Shown one piece after another: positions 1 to 13,866 of a DNA stretch of 64,000 bases (positions within the stretch are counted from its first letter, which is position 1; each line of letters opens with the position of its first letter). The DNA is from Paraspadella gotoi (taxonomy: Eukaryota; Animalia; Chaetognatha). Below the pieces are notes generated by a model that did no database searches, was not told the DNA's origin, and saw nothing but the letters and a program-made list of their open reading frames with translations. The stretch covers positions 827,756 to 891,755 of the forward strand of contig CM119263.1 of NCBI GenBank assembly GCA_051294375.1, in the 5' to 3' direction. Made by a program: the position numbers and the translations under genes.

Positions 1-192
1 TAGAATCAACTCTCTGAAAGAAACACGAAAACAACCGGAAAAAATTCTAGAAAAAAAATGTCAAAAATTGATTGAGGTTTGAAATTCACAGCAATTTATT
101 TTCCCTGATTTTCTTTCTGCTCCGCACAAAAGAAATAACCAGTTAATATCTGAAAGAGAGATGAGGGAGAGAGAGAGAGAGAGAGACGGGAA

Positions 193-225
<33 letters not shown>

Positions 226-1459
226 GAGAGGAGAGAGATTTTTCAAACGGTAAAACCGAATTGACCTAAAGTGACGAATCGCCTCGGTTAGCTATTTCTT
301 TACGTCGAACCCTTTTTACGCGCTAAATTCATAAACGATGACGCATGTCTTCATTGTTTCAACTATGAATAATATTGGAAAAATAGAAAAAATAAAAAAA
401 ACATTTTCTTTTCTCAAACTAAAAAAAAATTCACTTATCACGATTCCAGAGTTTATTGTTTTGGTGTAATCTTTTAGAACTATTCTATGTAATGTAATGT
501 AACGTAATGTAGGGTTGTTATATAAAATATTCCCAAAATTTTAACCCCGAAATTCATGATTTTTGTCTATAATTAAAAATCATTTATAAAGCTCCAGTCT
601 CAAGATTAAGAGAACTATCGAGACATTCGTTATGGTCTCGGGCTCGAACGATGGATCTCGCGAGGCTTTGGATATAAAAATAATAATAATAATAATAACA
701 ATATAATAAACATTTATTACAATGGTATTAATCTTTAGACTCTAACCGTCTAGCCTCTTCTTCTCGTTTAAACATTTTTTCGTCTTCAAAAAAACCAAAG
801 TTCAAATTCTCGACTTGAAAATTGAATCCGATCGAAATCCAACTGAGAGAGAAATCGACGACGACAACAACAACGACGACAACAACGACGACAAAAAGAA
901 AGGTCGTGACAATAAATAAAAAAGTGGAGGACGCCGCCATTTTGAATCTCATAAACAAAACGGAGGAGAGTCGAGGTCGGGTTAATCATTTTGAACTTCC
1001 TTAAATATTTTAAAACTTAAGAAGTTTCGTTCATGAAGGAATTTTGATTCTGCAAATTCGATTAAAAATTCCTTCCTTTTTTCATCCTTTAGTAAAAAAA
1101 AAAATTCATTGCATTTTCATTGTTCAACGCGTCTGTACTTACTCCACAAGCATCATTTTCTCTCGTTGCTTGTCTCAGCTTGTCACTGACCGACAAGGCT
1201 TGTCACTGCCTATCATTGCCGCTCTGTCCCTGAGAGTCATTCCGATTCTGTGTCGCCTAAAAATTTTCACCGATCATCGATTTTTATTAACTTTAATGCT
1301 CACAACTCACAAAAAAAGAAACAAATTTAATTTTAAATTGTAAAGTATAACTATTAGTTTTATTACTGTTATTTTTATCATTATTACTATAGTATAGTAT
1401 TAACTAAATCTGACTCGTAAAATGATGTAACACTTCATTGAAGAAACAAAACCAATATT

Positions 1460-1510
<51 letters not shown>

Positions 1511-4500
1511 CTTTCCTCCCTTTGCCTCCCTCTCTTTCTGGTTCGTCCCTCCCATTGACTTGGAACAAAGACTCGCAAATCATGTGACTCCACAAAAAAA
1601 TGGGTAAATAAGAAAAAAATGAAAAGAAAGGAAAGATTAAGGATAAACAGAAAAAGAGAGGAATGAAAAAAAGGAAATAAAGGAAAAATGCTAAAGTGGT
1701 AAATGGTAAAGTGGTAAATGCTAAAGTGATAAAAGCAAAAATGGTAAATGGTGGTAAAATCTTGAAAAAGGGATGGGGCCCTTAAGCCAGCATCGCCTGT
1801 CAAAAGTCAGGAGTAAGATAGATTATTTATTAAATGAATGGATAATTATTACATTGGTTGTAGTAATTTCATTGAGAAGAATTTACGTTGGCGTCGATAT
1901 CGTCATTGTCGTCGTCTTCTTCACCGTCGTCGTCGTCGTCGTCGTCGTCGTTCTTTTCTCTTTTCTCTTATGGTTTTCGCTGGATTTCTCTTCTTGAACT
2001 TTGCTCTTCCTCCTCATACTTACTTTTCTCTTTCTCCTCCTCCTCTTCTTTCTTCTCCAACCCTCATTGTTTCTCTCTTTGTTTTCACTGAAGAAGAAAA
2101 CGACGATGACGAAACAATGACGACGACAACAACAAAAAACAACAACAACAACAACAATTGGAGCTAAAACGCCGCCCTCTCCTGAGAGTAACTATCGCAG
2201 ATTGAGTCCCTCAATCTAATTTACATATTGTAGTAGTTTTGTATTTTAATATTACTATTAGTATTTAGTATTTTAGGATAACAAACACAATCACCTCAAC
2301 AGAAAATATTATTAAACTCACCACAAGTAAATTAACCGAAAAATAACAAATGTACCAAACTCACAATAAATGAAACCAATGCAGACGCGATAACCGCAAC
2401 CAACGTCAACTGACTTCGGTTGCTCGAGTCGCGTCCGGAAAAAATAGGAAGGAAAATAAAAAGAGCTTGGAATTTATTTGGCAAAATAATGTAGTTGGCA
2501 TTACCGTGGCAGCCGTGGCATCCGTGGCCAGCCGTGCAGAGCGGTGGACGACAAAGCATAAAATCCTTTCCTCTGTAAAACAGCTTAAAATCGCTTTTGA
2601 GACAAAAAGGGGAAATAAGTGGCGTCGTCGTCGTCGTCGTCGTCGGTTCGTCTGTCGTCACGTTCGTCGTTGTTCGTTTCGTCGTTGTCGCCGTCGTCGT
2701 TCGTCATCGTCGTCGTTCGTCGTCTTTGTCGGTGAAAAAGTCGTTCGCGTCGTCGTTGTTGTCGTCATTGTCATTTTCTGTCATTACATTACTGTCTTTT
2801 AAGTTGTCATCTTTTTTGTTGCTGTCATATTTTAATCGTCCTCGTCTTAATCACAAACCTAATCTCTATCCTAATCCCTAACCTTAACCTAATCTCTATC
2901 CTAATCCCTAACCTTAACCTTTAACCTAATCTTTAACTAAAAAAACTGATCTATTCCAAATTTAAGATGAAATGGGACGTTCTGGGAAAATAAGGCCGAA
3001 TATCATCGTCATCTTCGTCCCTTTGTCATCCGAGAAGAAGGAAATCCTGTCATCGTCGTCATCGTCGTCGTCATCGTCGTCGCGTGGAGCAGAGCAAAAA
3101 GGAGCCAATGATTGACGCACGAAACCAACATAACGAAATTCCGGCGTTGGAGATGAGAAAAGGGAGCGCCGACGACGCCGGCCTCGGTAAAACATGGGAT
3201 CGGGCGGCGGAAGAAGAAAGCGGCGTCGTGGCGCCGGAAATCGTCTCAAGACGACGCCAAAATTAGTCATAAGTCGGCTCCGAAGGAGGAAAAAAAGGAC
3301 AAACGAAAAATGAAATGTGGAGTCGTGAGGAAGTAATGAGAGGGAGGTTAAAACGAGTTGAACATTAAAAGGTTAAACATTAATTTTTAAAGTTTTAAAT
3401 TTTATTTATTTATTTTTTTTAGCAGGGCGAGTGGGAGGTTTTTGTTTAAGCTAAATATAATTTAAAAAAAATATTGCTGAGGTTAGTTACACTAATTAAT
3501 ACAAACATCGCGAATTATCACATTAAAAATAAAGTAAGGTTTACAAACGAAACAGGTTTTTTGATTAAAATATTAAATATAAACACTGATGTATATTCAA
3601 AAATTGTTTTTCTTTCCTTTGCGGAAACAGGATTTAAAAAAAAGAAGAAAAAAAAGAAGATTTTCCGCCAAGAGTTAAATTATGCAAGTTGGCGACTGAC
3701 CGACTGACCGTTACGACGCCCTTCAAAGACTTTTGTTCCTTTTGACGTTGAATGCAACAGTTTATTCATTAAACTCATAAACAACTGAGCATTCCTCTCT
3801 CNNNNNNNNNNNNNNNNNNNNNNNNNNNNNNNNNNNNNNNNNNNNNNNNNNNNNNNNNNNNNNNNNNNNNNNNNNNNNNNNNNNNNNNNNNNNNNNNNNN
3901 NNNNNNNNNNNNNNNNNNNNNNNNNNNNNNNNNNNNNNNNNNNNNNNNNNNNNNNNNNNNNNNNNNNNNNNNNNNNNNNNNNNNNNNNNNNNNNNNNNNN
4001 NNNNNNNNNNNNNNNNNNNNNNNNNNNNNNNNNNNNNNNNNNNNNNNNNNNNNNNNNNNNNNNNNNNNNNTTTTTTTCTCTTTATAGTGACATAAGAAAT
4101 AAAACGATTTATATTATATAAATTCACCCGTCTAAGATCTAGATTATAAATTATAAACAATTGAGTTTATCATCTCTCCTTTTATTTTTATTTAAGTTTT
4201 ATTTTTTAGTTTTTTCTCGTTTCCTTTTTTAAATTTTATTTCTTAAAACTAAAGATAAAGCACGAACCCCTATTACAAAATAGTAATTCTTTAGAAGTTA
4301 CGATAATAATAGAATGTGGCATATTATTTTTCACTTGTGTATTAGTTTTCATAGTACTTAGTCATATTCAAAATTCTACCTTGTCAACTACCTTTTGTTT
4401 TAATTCCCCGCTTGAAGAGTAAATTAGGATGACATCTATATTTGTTCCAAGAAAAAAAAGAACAGTTTTTATTATCAGTCTGAAGGTACAAAGCCAAGGG

Positions 4501-6116
4501 CAATAAGAAAATCTAAATTTTATATAAAATTTTATATAACTTAAACTAAGGTAATTGCGAATCCCCATGTGCAACGCAAGTATTTATAAATGCATCCTCG
4601 TATCGGCGATGTTGACAATGTGAAGTGAACCTTCGTATTTCCGTATTCAGGGTCCGTTTGCATGATTGTATTTCAAAGGTAAAAACACATATTTTCGAGA
4701 ATTTCGACTTTCAATTACAGATTGGGCGATTTGCGTTCAACTCTAAACGATGAAAACGATGAAAATATTTCAATTTCTTTCCTTATTTTAGTAATATATT
4801 TATTCCTGTTACTATCTACTTTACGATTTGATTATATAACCAAATTCTCTAAAAACTTAAATATATGAGAAAATATTAGTGAAAAAAAAAATTCTAAAAT
4901 CTCAAATTGAGCGCCTTACACGTAAATCGTGTCATTTTAGACTGAGTACAACAGCAAAAAAAAAAAAAAAAATTACTATAAATGATTTTCGCATCGATAA
5001 TATTTATTTGTTCACGATCAACTGAATTCAATGGGCAAAATGTGGACAACAACATCTGAGAGACAAGAAATCACGTTTCGATTTTTCGCAATAATAATAA
5101 TAATAATAATAATAAAAGTTATGAGCTTTTTTTTTGGGACAACAATTAGCGTCAATTAGCTTCCGACGAGTAACAAATGAACTATTAGCAAGAAAGAGTA
5201 ACGAATGACGACCTACTTCTTCTTTTCGAGCGCGTCTATACTCGTCTCTATACTAGTCAATTACTTCCAATTAACAATTTTCGGCTCTAATTTTTTTTGT
5301 CAATGAATTTATATATATATTTTTTGAATACAAAAATAAATCGATTCGTTACGGGGTTCAAGTTAAAATGTTAAAATTAAACTATGCTTATCGAGCTCAT
5401 CGTATCAAATTTTATATAAAAATACTATCGTTTTAACTTTTTAATAATATTGAATCCGCGTGTTTTTTTTTTTTTCGCCCGAAATGCCCTCATAGAGGAG
5501 CGAGTCTTAAATTTATTGTCAGTCTCGTCGCCAGGGAAAAACACAAGTTGGCGGTGACACCTTGATAGCGACGATAGCGACGATAGCGACGATAGAAGAG
5601 ACGCGATTGAGGGGAGAGCGGAGAGAAGAGAGAGAGAGACTGGAGGGCGAGCACCAGAAGGTTTCGACGTCTGGGAATAAATATATTTAAGATTGGTGTT
5701 TTTTTTTTTTTTTGTTTACATTATTATTGTTTTGATCGATTAAAACAAAAACGACGAAAAGGGGATAAGTTTAAAAGACGTCGAATCCACGAGACGCCTC
5801 GGTTTAAACGCTGCGATTCACAACCTTCCGAGAATCACAGTTCGGCACACTCACAAGATATTACAACTCTGCGAATATAACGAATGGAGGCGACAAGTTT
5901 TTGATGAAAAAAAAACAAAACAAAAGGGACCTTAGAGGGCGCTGCGGGTTGGTTACGAGGATGATTCGATGTTGGTTGTGGCCGGGTAAGGGGAAGAGAG
6001 ATCGACCCAGAGGCTCTGCCCGAAGGGGCGGGACTGGCTGGGAAAGGCGGGAGGTCGTCTTCAGGGGCTCGGGGAGAGGCGATCCGGGACGGGGAAGTCA
6101 GGTGAGAAAGAGGGGC

Positions 6117-6203
6117 TCACGTCATGTCCCAAATCTCCGCCAAAAGTGGAGGGTAGTTGAGCGTTGGTCTGGAGCGTGAAACAGCATCTTTGAGTGCTCG
6201 TGG
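6117..6203 (-). CDS. EcR: Nuclear receptor last coding exon (helix 11-12, AF-2)
   Basis: cag acceptor, phase matches exon 12876-13026. Reads SHEHSKMLF...[11 protein letters not shown] if two extra homopolymer bases are removed. Confidence 0.8.
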   Translation of the reverse strand, partial: PRALKDAVSRSRPTLNYPPLLAEIWDMT

Positions 6204-6442
6204 CTGAAGGAGAAGAAGGGAACGTTTAGAGAGAGAGAGAGAGAGAGAGAGTAGCGAGGAGAGGAGAGAGAGAGAGAGAGAGAGCAGAGAGAAGAGAGAG
6301 AGAGAAGAGAGAGAAGAGAGAGCAGAGAGAGAGAGAGAGCGCATTCCTCCTCTANNNNNNNNNNNNNNNNNNNNNNNNNATAGCAGGACGATACCAAAAA
6401 ACGGAAACTATATAGCGGGTTTCAACTTGAAGAGAGAGAGAG

Positions 6443-6496
<54 letters not shown>

Positions 6497-9400
6497 GAGA
6501 GACGAGAGAGAGAGAAAGAGAATATTATTGGTTGGGTGTCTTCATTATAAGCTGAATTAGAGAAATAGGAAAAAAATGTGAAATAACGACTCTGGCGTAA
6601 AAAAAGGCTCATTAATCAAAATATAACCTCAAAAGAAATTGAAAAACCAATTTCTCCCTTCTTTTTCTTCACAGTCTATACATACTTAAATGAACAGTAC
6701 TTATGTCTGCGATTATCAAAATCCATCTCGGAGCGGAGGTGAATATGGAAAGGGAACAGAAGTTATTTTGTAATAAAGACTTAAGTAAAGACTTCGAAAG
6801 CGTAGTTAGCATTTACCCGGTGATTCCTATGAACTCTAGATTAGCGTTTTTCAGAAAGTATGAATAACTTTCTTATTAATATGGTATGAAGGTAAATTTT
6901 TTTTATTTTTTGACGTCTACGCGAGTATGAGAAGCCTTCGCCGATAAGCAATCCGAGGCAACTCTATAAGTACTTTTCGGTCGGTCGGTCTGTCACTTAT
7001 TGTTAAAAGTGGCCTTTATTAAAATTTTTTGAACCATTTTATAAAGTCTTGTTCGGATGACTCACATAATGTTCCAGACAGGAGAACCAAGGACGTATAA
7101 ACGAAATCGATGCTCACATCAATTTCTGTATGTGTAGATATCGTCGCTCCTTTAGAGAAAAATTTTAAACTAAAAAGGAATAATAAAACACGGATTTCAG
7201 ATGAAATTAACATGTCATAAAATACAAGGTATGCATTAATAAAAAAAATTATTTTTCTAGTTCATGTCATGTTCAACTCATCATAGTCATGTCATACACA
7301 TGACAATAAAGTCACTGCGGACGCAACACATTATAGAGAATCACCGTTCTTGTTAATTCATGGAGTGAATAATTCTTTTGAAAAAACGGAAAATGATCCA
7401 TATATAAATAAAGTAAAAGGTCTAGAGGCCTCAATATCTTTTCTGAAAGGTTGCATACACGTGTTTTCTCTGCACTCTTCATACTACTCTCGTGCATACT
7501 CTCTCTCTCTCTCTCTATTCTCCTCTTCTCTTCATGCTCTCTTCATCTTTCTCCTCTCTCTTCTCTCTCTCATGGATTTGTGTGTGTAATATTTCTGGGA
7601 CTAGTTTTATAGAGGATCTTTGCCGGAGTGATAAGATACCCTTGCCCGCCTTCGCTCGAACGAATAGAGTTATATGCCCGATATTTTTGTCTTATTTTTG
7701 CCTACGATCTTATATCCTTTCGTTACTCGATTATCATTCATATTATTCAGAAGTTCATGATTTGAGGCTTGTTGTATTGGAGACTCTGCGCTTTTGTTCG
7801 CACGGGTGTGGGAATTACGTGTGTCGCATTTAGAACAAATAACAAATCACAGATTTATGTAGAGATGGTAAGTCCTCCGCATAATTTGTATTGTCCCCAC
7901 TATTCCAAATAACGAAAAAGCGACCGTCTCCAAACTCATAGCTTACAATCTCATAAAGACTCTTTTCTCTTGTGGATAATTAAAAGTGTGGGCTTAGTTA
8001 GTAAAAACGTTGGTGATATAGTTAGTGTATCGCGCTATTACGTTGTGAAAACTTTTCGCAAGTTAAAAATGTAAAAAAAACTCTTGAAATTTTCAATCGC
8101 GATTCGACGACAATCGAATGATTTCCATACTGTGTTTTGGAAAGGTATTTATAACGGTATGTTCTCTCAGATGTTTGTTGTCCAGGTTCATTTAGATCCA
8201 CTTTATTATGTTCCCGAAATTTTCTTCAGACGTTTTTGTATTGCTTATCACTATTAAGGTGATCTGAGAAAATCGAGATTTGTGGAGTGACAACAGTATT
8301 TTTGCACAATTGTAAAGTTCTTATCTGCGAAAAGACTGTTTATATTCAACTGATAACGCATGCGTGGGAAAAGCAACCTATTGAATTGCATGGATTTACC
8401 ACTCAAATGCTAGTGTCGAAACGGAAATATGAACGATTATGATAATGTATATTCCAATCTTTTTTTCCGCCTCAATTATATATTTGCCCTGATGTTTCTC
8501 CATCTTCAGTGCTCGCCGACGTTTTTTAGTCTCACGGACACAAATGACCAAAATTCTGATTTTATACCGTCCGCCCCCTCAAAAAATGTTTTCCGGCCCT
8601 ACACATAGATGATTAGTATTGTGACGCGCATTTTAGATTTACTCGCTGATCGTCGGAGTACGAGATTGAGAGGAATTTTATGGTTCTGGGCCCCTCCAAC
8701 AAACTCGTTCACATTAGATACAATCTGCCTGTATATTTTATGCAGAAGGCGATTACTAATTCACATATCAAAGGACATTTCCCGGATTTTATGTGCCTGA
8801 CTTCAGTTTTTGATGAATGGGGTTCCTACCCGTTTGTGAAGTTTGAGATTTAAGGAGAGGCAAGATTGAGTAGAGTGAGGAGAGTAGATTAGTAGATAGG
8901 AGTGATCAAGAGATAGGTTACGGAGTGAGAGAGGAAAGTATGTAAAGAATTTGTTAAGAATGTTTGTAAGTAACGAAAAATGGGATTGAGAGTAATGTAC
9001 AGATCTGAAGGGTGGGATATAGTTTTGATTTACGATGTATAAATAATGAAATCTTGACAAAGTCGTTACTATAAGCAATGTATAGAACGAATTGGAACAG
9101 GACACTAAGAGGCTCAAGAGGACAGTGAGAGTCAACCGAAAGATAATAAATGCACACACTTTGCGTAATGATTTACAATTTGAATATACTCAATCATAAA
9201 TACACTGACACATCACTGTGCATTAGCATCGTGGTTTGTGTTTCGGAATTTATTGTGTTGTTTTCGCCGACGTTTGCGAATTCACGACACGCGTAGTTGG
9301 TCGTTTCCGCCAGATACAGACGGCAACAAACTGCCCCAAGTGCCGTCTTGTCGTAAGGTTTCTCTTATGTTTGCCCGTGACATCCGGGTGTCCCTCACGT

Positions 9401-12400
9401 CCTGTTGAGGTATGTGTTGTTTGAAGAACAGAGTACTGTTGGCGTGATTTCAGAACGCGTCGTGTACACGACCGACCGCGATGGTGAAAAGCGAGAGTGG
9501 GGAGGGGAGAGGAGTCAGTTCAAGGTTCGCTATTCACTCGTCGGAACTCTTCTTTCCGCTCCTCTAGGTTGTTGGTAATAAATTAATTGGTCGTGCAATT
9601 CATTTTCCTGTTACTATCTTTACTTTTACCGCAACTTCTGGATTAGTAGTGAGGATACTTAGATCTCTCGCTGCGAAGAATTTATTTAATGTTGAGTCAA
9701 TCTAGGTAGCGAAACAAACGTCGGTAAAAAGGTAACTTCAGTGAGAGTAGTTAAATTGATATGGTTCCAACCATCCGAGTATAATCTATAGTAAAATTAT
9801 TGGTAAAAATATATTAATTATTACTATTTTGAGACCCCAAATATCTATTTTATAGAAAAAAGTGAATAAAATAGTTCTCCTCTCCTCTCTAGTAGGTACC
9901 ATTTTTGACCGTTCGCTACCAAAATAGTCATGCCCTCCACTGGAGAGTAACGGCAAAAATATACGGAGCGCCTCAAACGTTAAAATGGTGAGATACGTTA
10001 ATTAGTCCCGAATCTTTGTTATTGACGAGCGTTTTCAGCTAAGAGAAGAAGATTAATATTGAACAAAAAAACAGGACTCTTTGTGAGACTCTAAATAAAC
10101 TCTTTCCGGACATATTACAGCAAAAATATACATTATAAAAACCCCTCATTAGCAAGCACAATGGAAACGAAATTAGTATATACTAGGATTGGATTCTTTT
10201 TATCAGGGTTCTCTAACGGTCTTTCCACGCCTCAGAGGATTCTAATATGTATTGTTTCTCTCTAGCGGACCGTGCCATCTCTTCTCTTTAACCCCTCAGG
10301 GGAAATTCAATGGGGCCAAAAATGTGGACAACGAACACTGAGAGACAAGAAATCCACGTTTGTGGTGGATACCCATCTGATTATGTGGTATTTCGCGAAA
10401 TCTGGTGGAGTACCCTAGTAAGGGTTGTGGACTATACTAATAAACAATAGCATCGTTAAGTCATATACTGAAAATCTGTATAGTTTATAGCCGGGTTTGG
10501 TGAACGCTAAAGCTCCTATGATGCAGCTACCAAGTCTATAATTCTCTCTCTCTTGGGGTAATGTTCAAGTCTATTTAAAGAAAATCTCTGACTGTATTTA
10601 GCGTCATAATATTCATTCCTAATTGCGCGCTTATCTCTTCAAGACGGAGTTGTCGACATACTCTCACTTCTTATATTTGTATAATTCCTTTTGCACTTAT
10701 TTACGCACCTGATTGGTTCCTTTTAATTCTCAGGCTTAAGTTGAGATAATATAGGTATCGGGCAAATAGGAGAAGAGTATACTTTTTTCATAACGTACTC
10801 TATCCTTCTCTTCACTCTCTCGTCCTCTCTCTTATTCATTCGTCCAGTACATTATTGATGTCTCGTGCATATTTACACCGTCGTATAAAACAATGTGTTT
10901 CACCCTCTGTCGTCCGACTCACTATTACCTCACTCACTTCTTCTTAGATTTTTTTCCAAATTCTTTCCTTTTGCCAGTTTTCTTTCGTTATACTATTGTG
11001 GTTGTTGTCGTTCAGTTTTTCATTTCTTTTTCCTCTTCTCTTTTTATATATACTCTCTTCCCCTAATTCCGATCTCCCACTCTTATTTTATATTCTCACA
11101 TTTCCGAGCTTTCTTCCTCACATTTTTCTTATTTTTGTCTATTCATTGTGTTAAATTCCTTTCTCTTTAGACTCTAAACTACGTTACTTACCATTTCCTC
11201 ACTTTTTTTTTTGAATTTGATTTTCTCTGCTCTTAATACAAAACTCTTTTAACCTCCTTTTTCCGTTTCTCATTAACACATTCCCAATTCGTTCCGCGCT
11301 TTCACTTTGCGCTCGCTTGTTAATGCTCTTCTCTCTGGTGCTCTGCAAGTTTCTTGTATGCACCTTCGTTTCTTTCAATTTTTTAACCTTCTCTCGTGTT
11401 TTTGTCCTTTTATTACAATCTTCTATCCCAATAGTATTGATACAAACAAATATTATAAATTTATCATAATTCTTTTTTTATATAAAAATAGCTATATTTT
11501 TGTCCCTACTTGGAAGGGCTAAGGGTCTGGGTTTAAGGCCCCGTCACCTCTTCAAGATAATAATAGACTAATGGTGTCAACAAGCTTTATTTCACTCCCC
11601 TCGCAGTACGCTTAGGGCTTCCCTATCTCAAATTACGAGTAGAGGTCTAAATAAATTTTTCAAAGATGTTTTCTAATATGTATAATAGGATATCTCACCA
11701 TTTAAGCCACTATTCGATTATTTCAGAGAGAAATACACTATGTATCTCACAGCACTATTCAATTACCTACCATACCTCCAATTATATCCTCCTAGTTCTC
11801 CCTTTTGCACGTGCTTTTTCTCTCTATCACTCCTCATTTTTATCCACCATTTCCCCTCTCAGCCGCATCCAATTACCCCCCTTCTCACATATTTGTCCCT
11901 CTTCACCACCTAAGAAAAGGTTTCCCCACCTTCCAGCCGCCGGCTGCCTTACTGCAAACCCCCATTTTCTCAGTTTATACTCTCCGTCGCTCAGTCCCTT
12001 CGTTTTGTCTTCGGCGCGCTCCCTGGGAACAGAAGCGAAAAAGAGCGGCAGCCCTCAAGGAAGTTGGCCTATAATGACGACAACAGGAGGGAGATTTTTC
12101 GGTATCGCTTCCTTCACTTCCTGCTTCGGAATAGGGGCGGAGAAGGAGGACGAGATAAAGAGAGGACAAGGAAGGATACGCAAGAAAATATAGGGAGGCG
12201 CGCGAAAGGGCGATTACCGAAGAGGGTGAGATAGAAAGAGATGGATAGGAAGGAAAACCCATCTCTTCTGTACTAACGTTATGTATAGCGGGTTCAACTT
12301 GACGGAGCGGAGAAATGACGTGTAGTACAAGTGAGAGCCAGGGCAGAGTGAAGAGATGAAGAGAGAGAGAGAGGATGTCAATGGAACGAGAAATAGATCT

Positions 12401-13778
12401 CTCTGCTCTCACTCTCCTCTCTGACTCTCTCGCTCTCGATTCTTCTACTCTCTCTCTGTCATACTCCTCTTCCTTCTTCTCTCTCTCTCTCTCGCTCGTA
12501 TCGTCAGTTAATTAGCGCGGTCCCCCGTCGTCGGCCCTAGAATCCCCACTCACCCTCCAACCCGACAGAAATCCCCAGTACACCCTTCTCGCGAGAAAGC
12601 TTATAGCACTTACGTTTTTTCGTTTTTCTTCATATTTGAGAATAAGGCGGAGGTTTTCGTGGGGTCAGTGGCTGTCGATCCTTAGGGAAGAGGCCTTTAC
12701 CACGCTACCGTTCTTTTAAAGCGGTTTGGTCACTAGTAATAGTTCATGTATCACACTTCAGTATCATTTCCCCCGGTGACGGATCATGTTACCGCATCAT
12801 ACACTCACAACGGTTAATTGGCACAGGTCTAAGAAAACGGATGAGAAGAAGAGATAGAGAGAGAAGAGAACTCACCTAATACTCGTGAGTTCAGTGAGTT
12901 TCCCAATGAACCTGGCAAACGCGACCTTGTCATGACTTCGATGTTTGATGACATATTTTTGGAGGATCGACGTGTAGCGCTCCTGGATCCGTTCAACGCG
13001 CCGAGGGTCGGTCACGCCCTCTCGACCTGGAAATTACGGGGACTGTGAGAGTGTTGTGATGGTGTTGTGATGGTGTTGGTGCTTGATGGAGTAGAATAGA
13101 TAGCTAAGCTTTCTTTGGGATCATTCGCTTTCCTTTTCATCTAAAAATAGACATAAACTCAGCAAGCAGATGCAAAAGTTAAAAAACGAAAAAAAACCCT
13201 GACTTTTAAGAGTGCAGAACTGACTGAATAAGCAGATGCAAAGAACTGACTGACCTTGAAATAAGCAGATGCAAAGAACTGACTGACCTGGAAATAAGCA
13301 GATGCAAAGAACTGACTGATCTTAAAATAAGCAGATGCAAAGAACTGACTGACCATGAAATAAGCAGATGCAAAGAACTGACCGACCTTGAAATAAGCAG
13401 ATGCAAAGGACTCACTGACCTTGAAATAAGCAGATGCAAGAAAGCAACGCGTACTCGATGTCATTCGTCTTCAATTGAACGAGTTTCTTGCAGAATTCGA
13501 ACATCGGGTCCACGAAGGAGTCACTCTCGACTCGCTTGAAGCTGTTGGTGGAAATGGGTGGTTGGGTGGAAGGGGGGAGTGGGAGAGGTGGTGGATGGTG
13601 GCGAAGGGAAGGGGGAAAGAGGTGGTGGGATCGAAGGAAAGGGAAGAATGGGGGTAGGCTTAAATGGATGAGTATGATGGGCTCATTTCTTCATTTCATT
13701 TTTATTCCGAAAAATTGGAATATGACTCCTTTCTGTTCCAAAAAGTTGACTCAGGGTTGGTTGGTTGGTTGGTTGGTT

Positions 13779-13866
<88 letters not shown>

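Noticed and set aside
1226-1245. tccctgaga resembling the miR-125 5' end
   Set aside because: Only the first 9 nt match and no precursor hairpin is evident.
61-3707. Many short ORFs (poly-LS, poly-RE, poly-V, poly-T, poly-D)
   Set aside because: They are translations of (GA)n, (GTC)n and (CTTT)n microsatellites with no domain signal.
13159-13464. ORFs with [10 protein letters not shown] / [10 protein letters not shown] repeats
   Set aside because: Alternative-frame readings of the 33-bp intronic repeat; the real exon uses a different frame.
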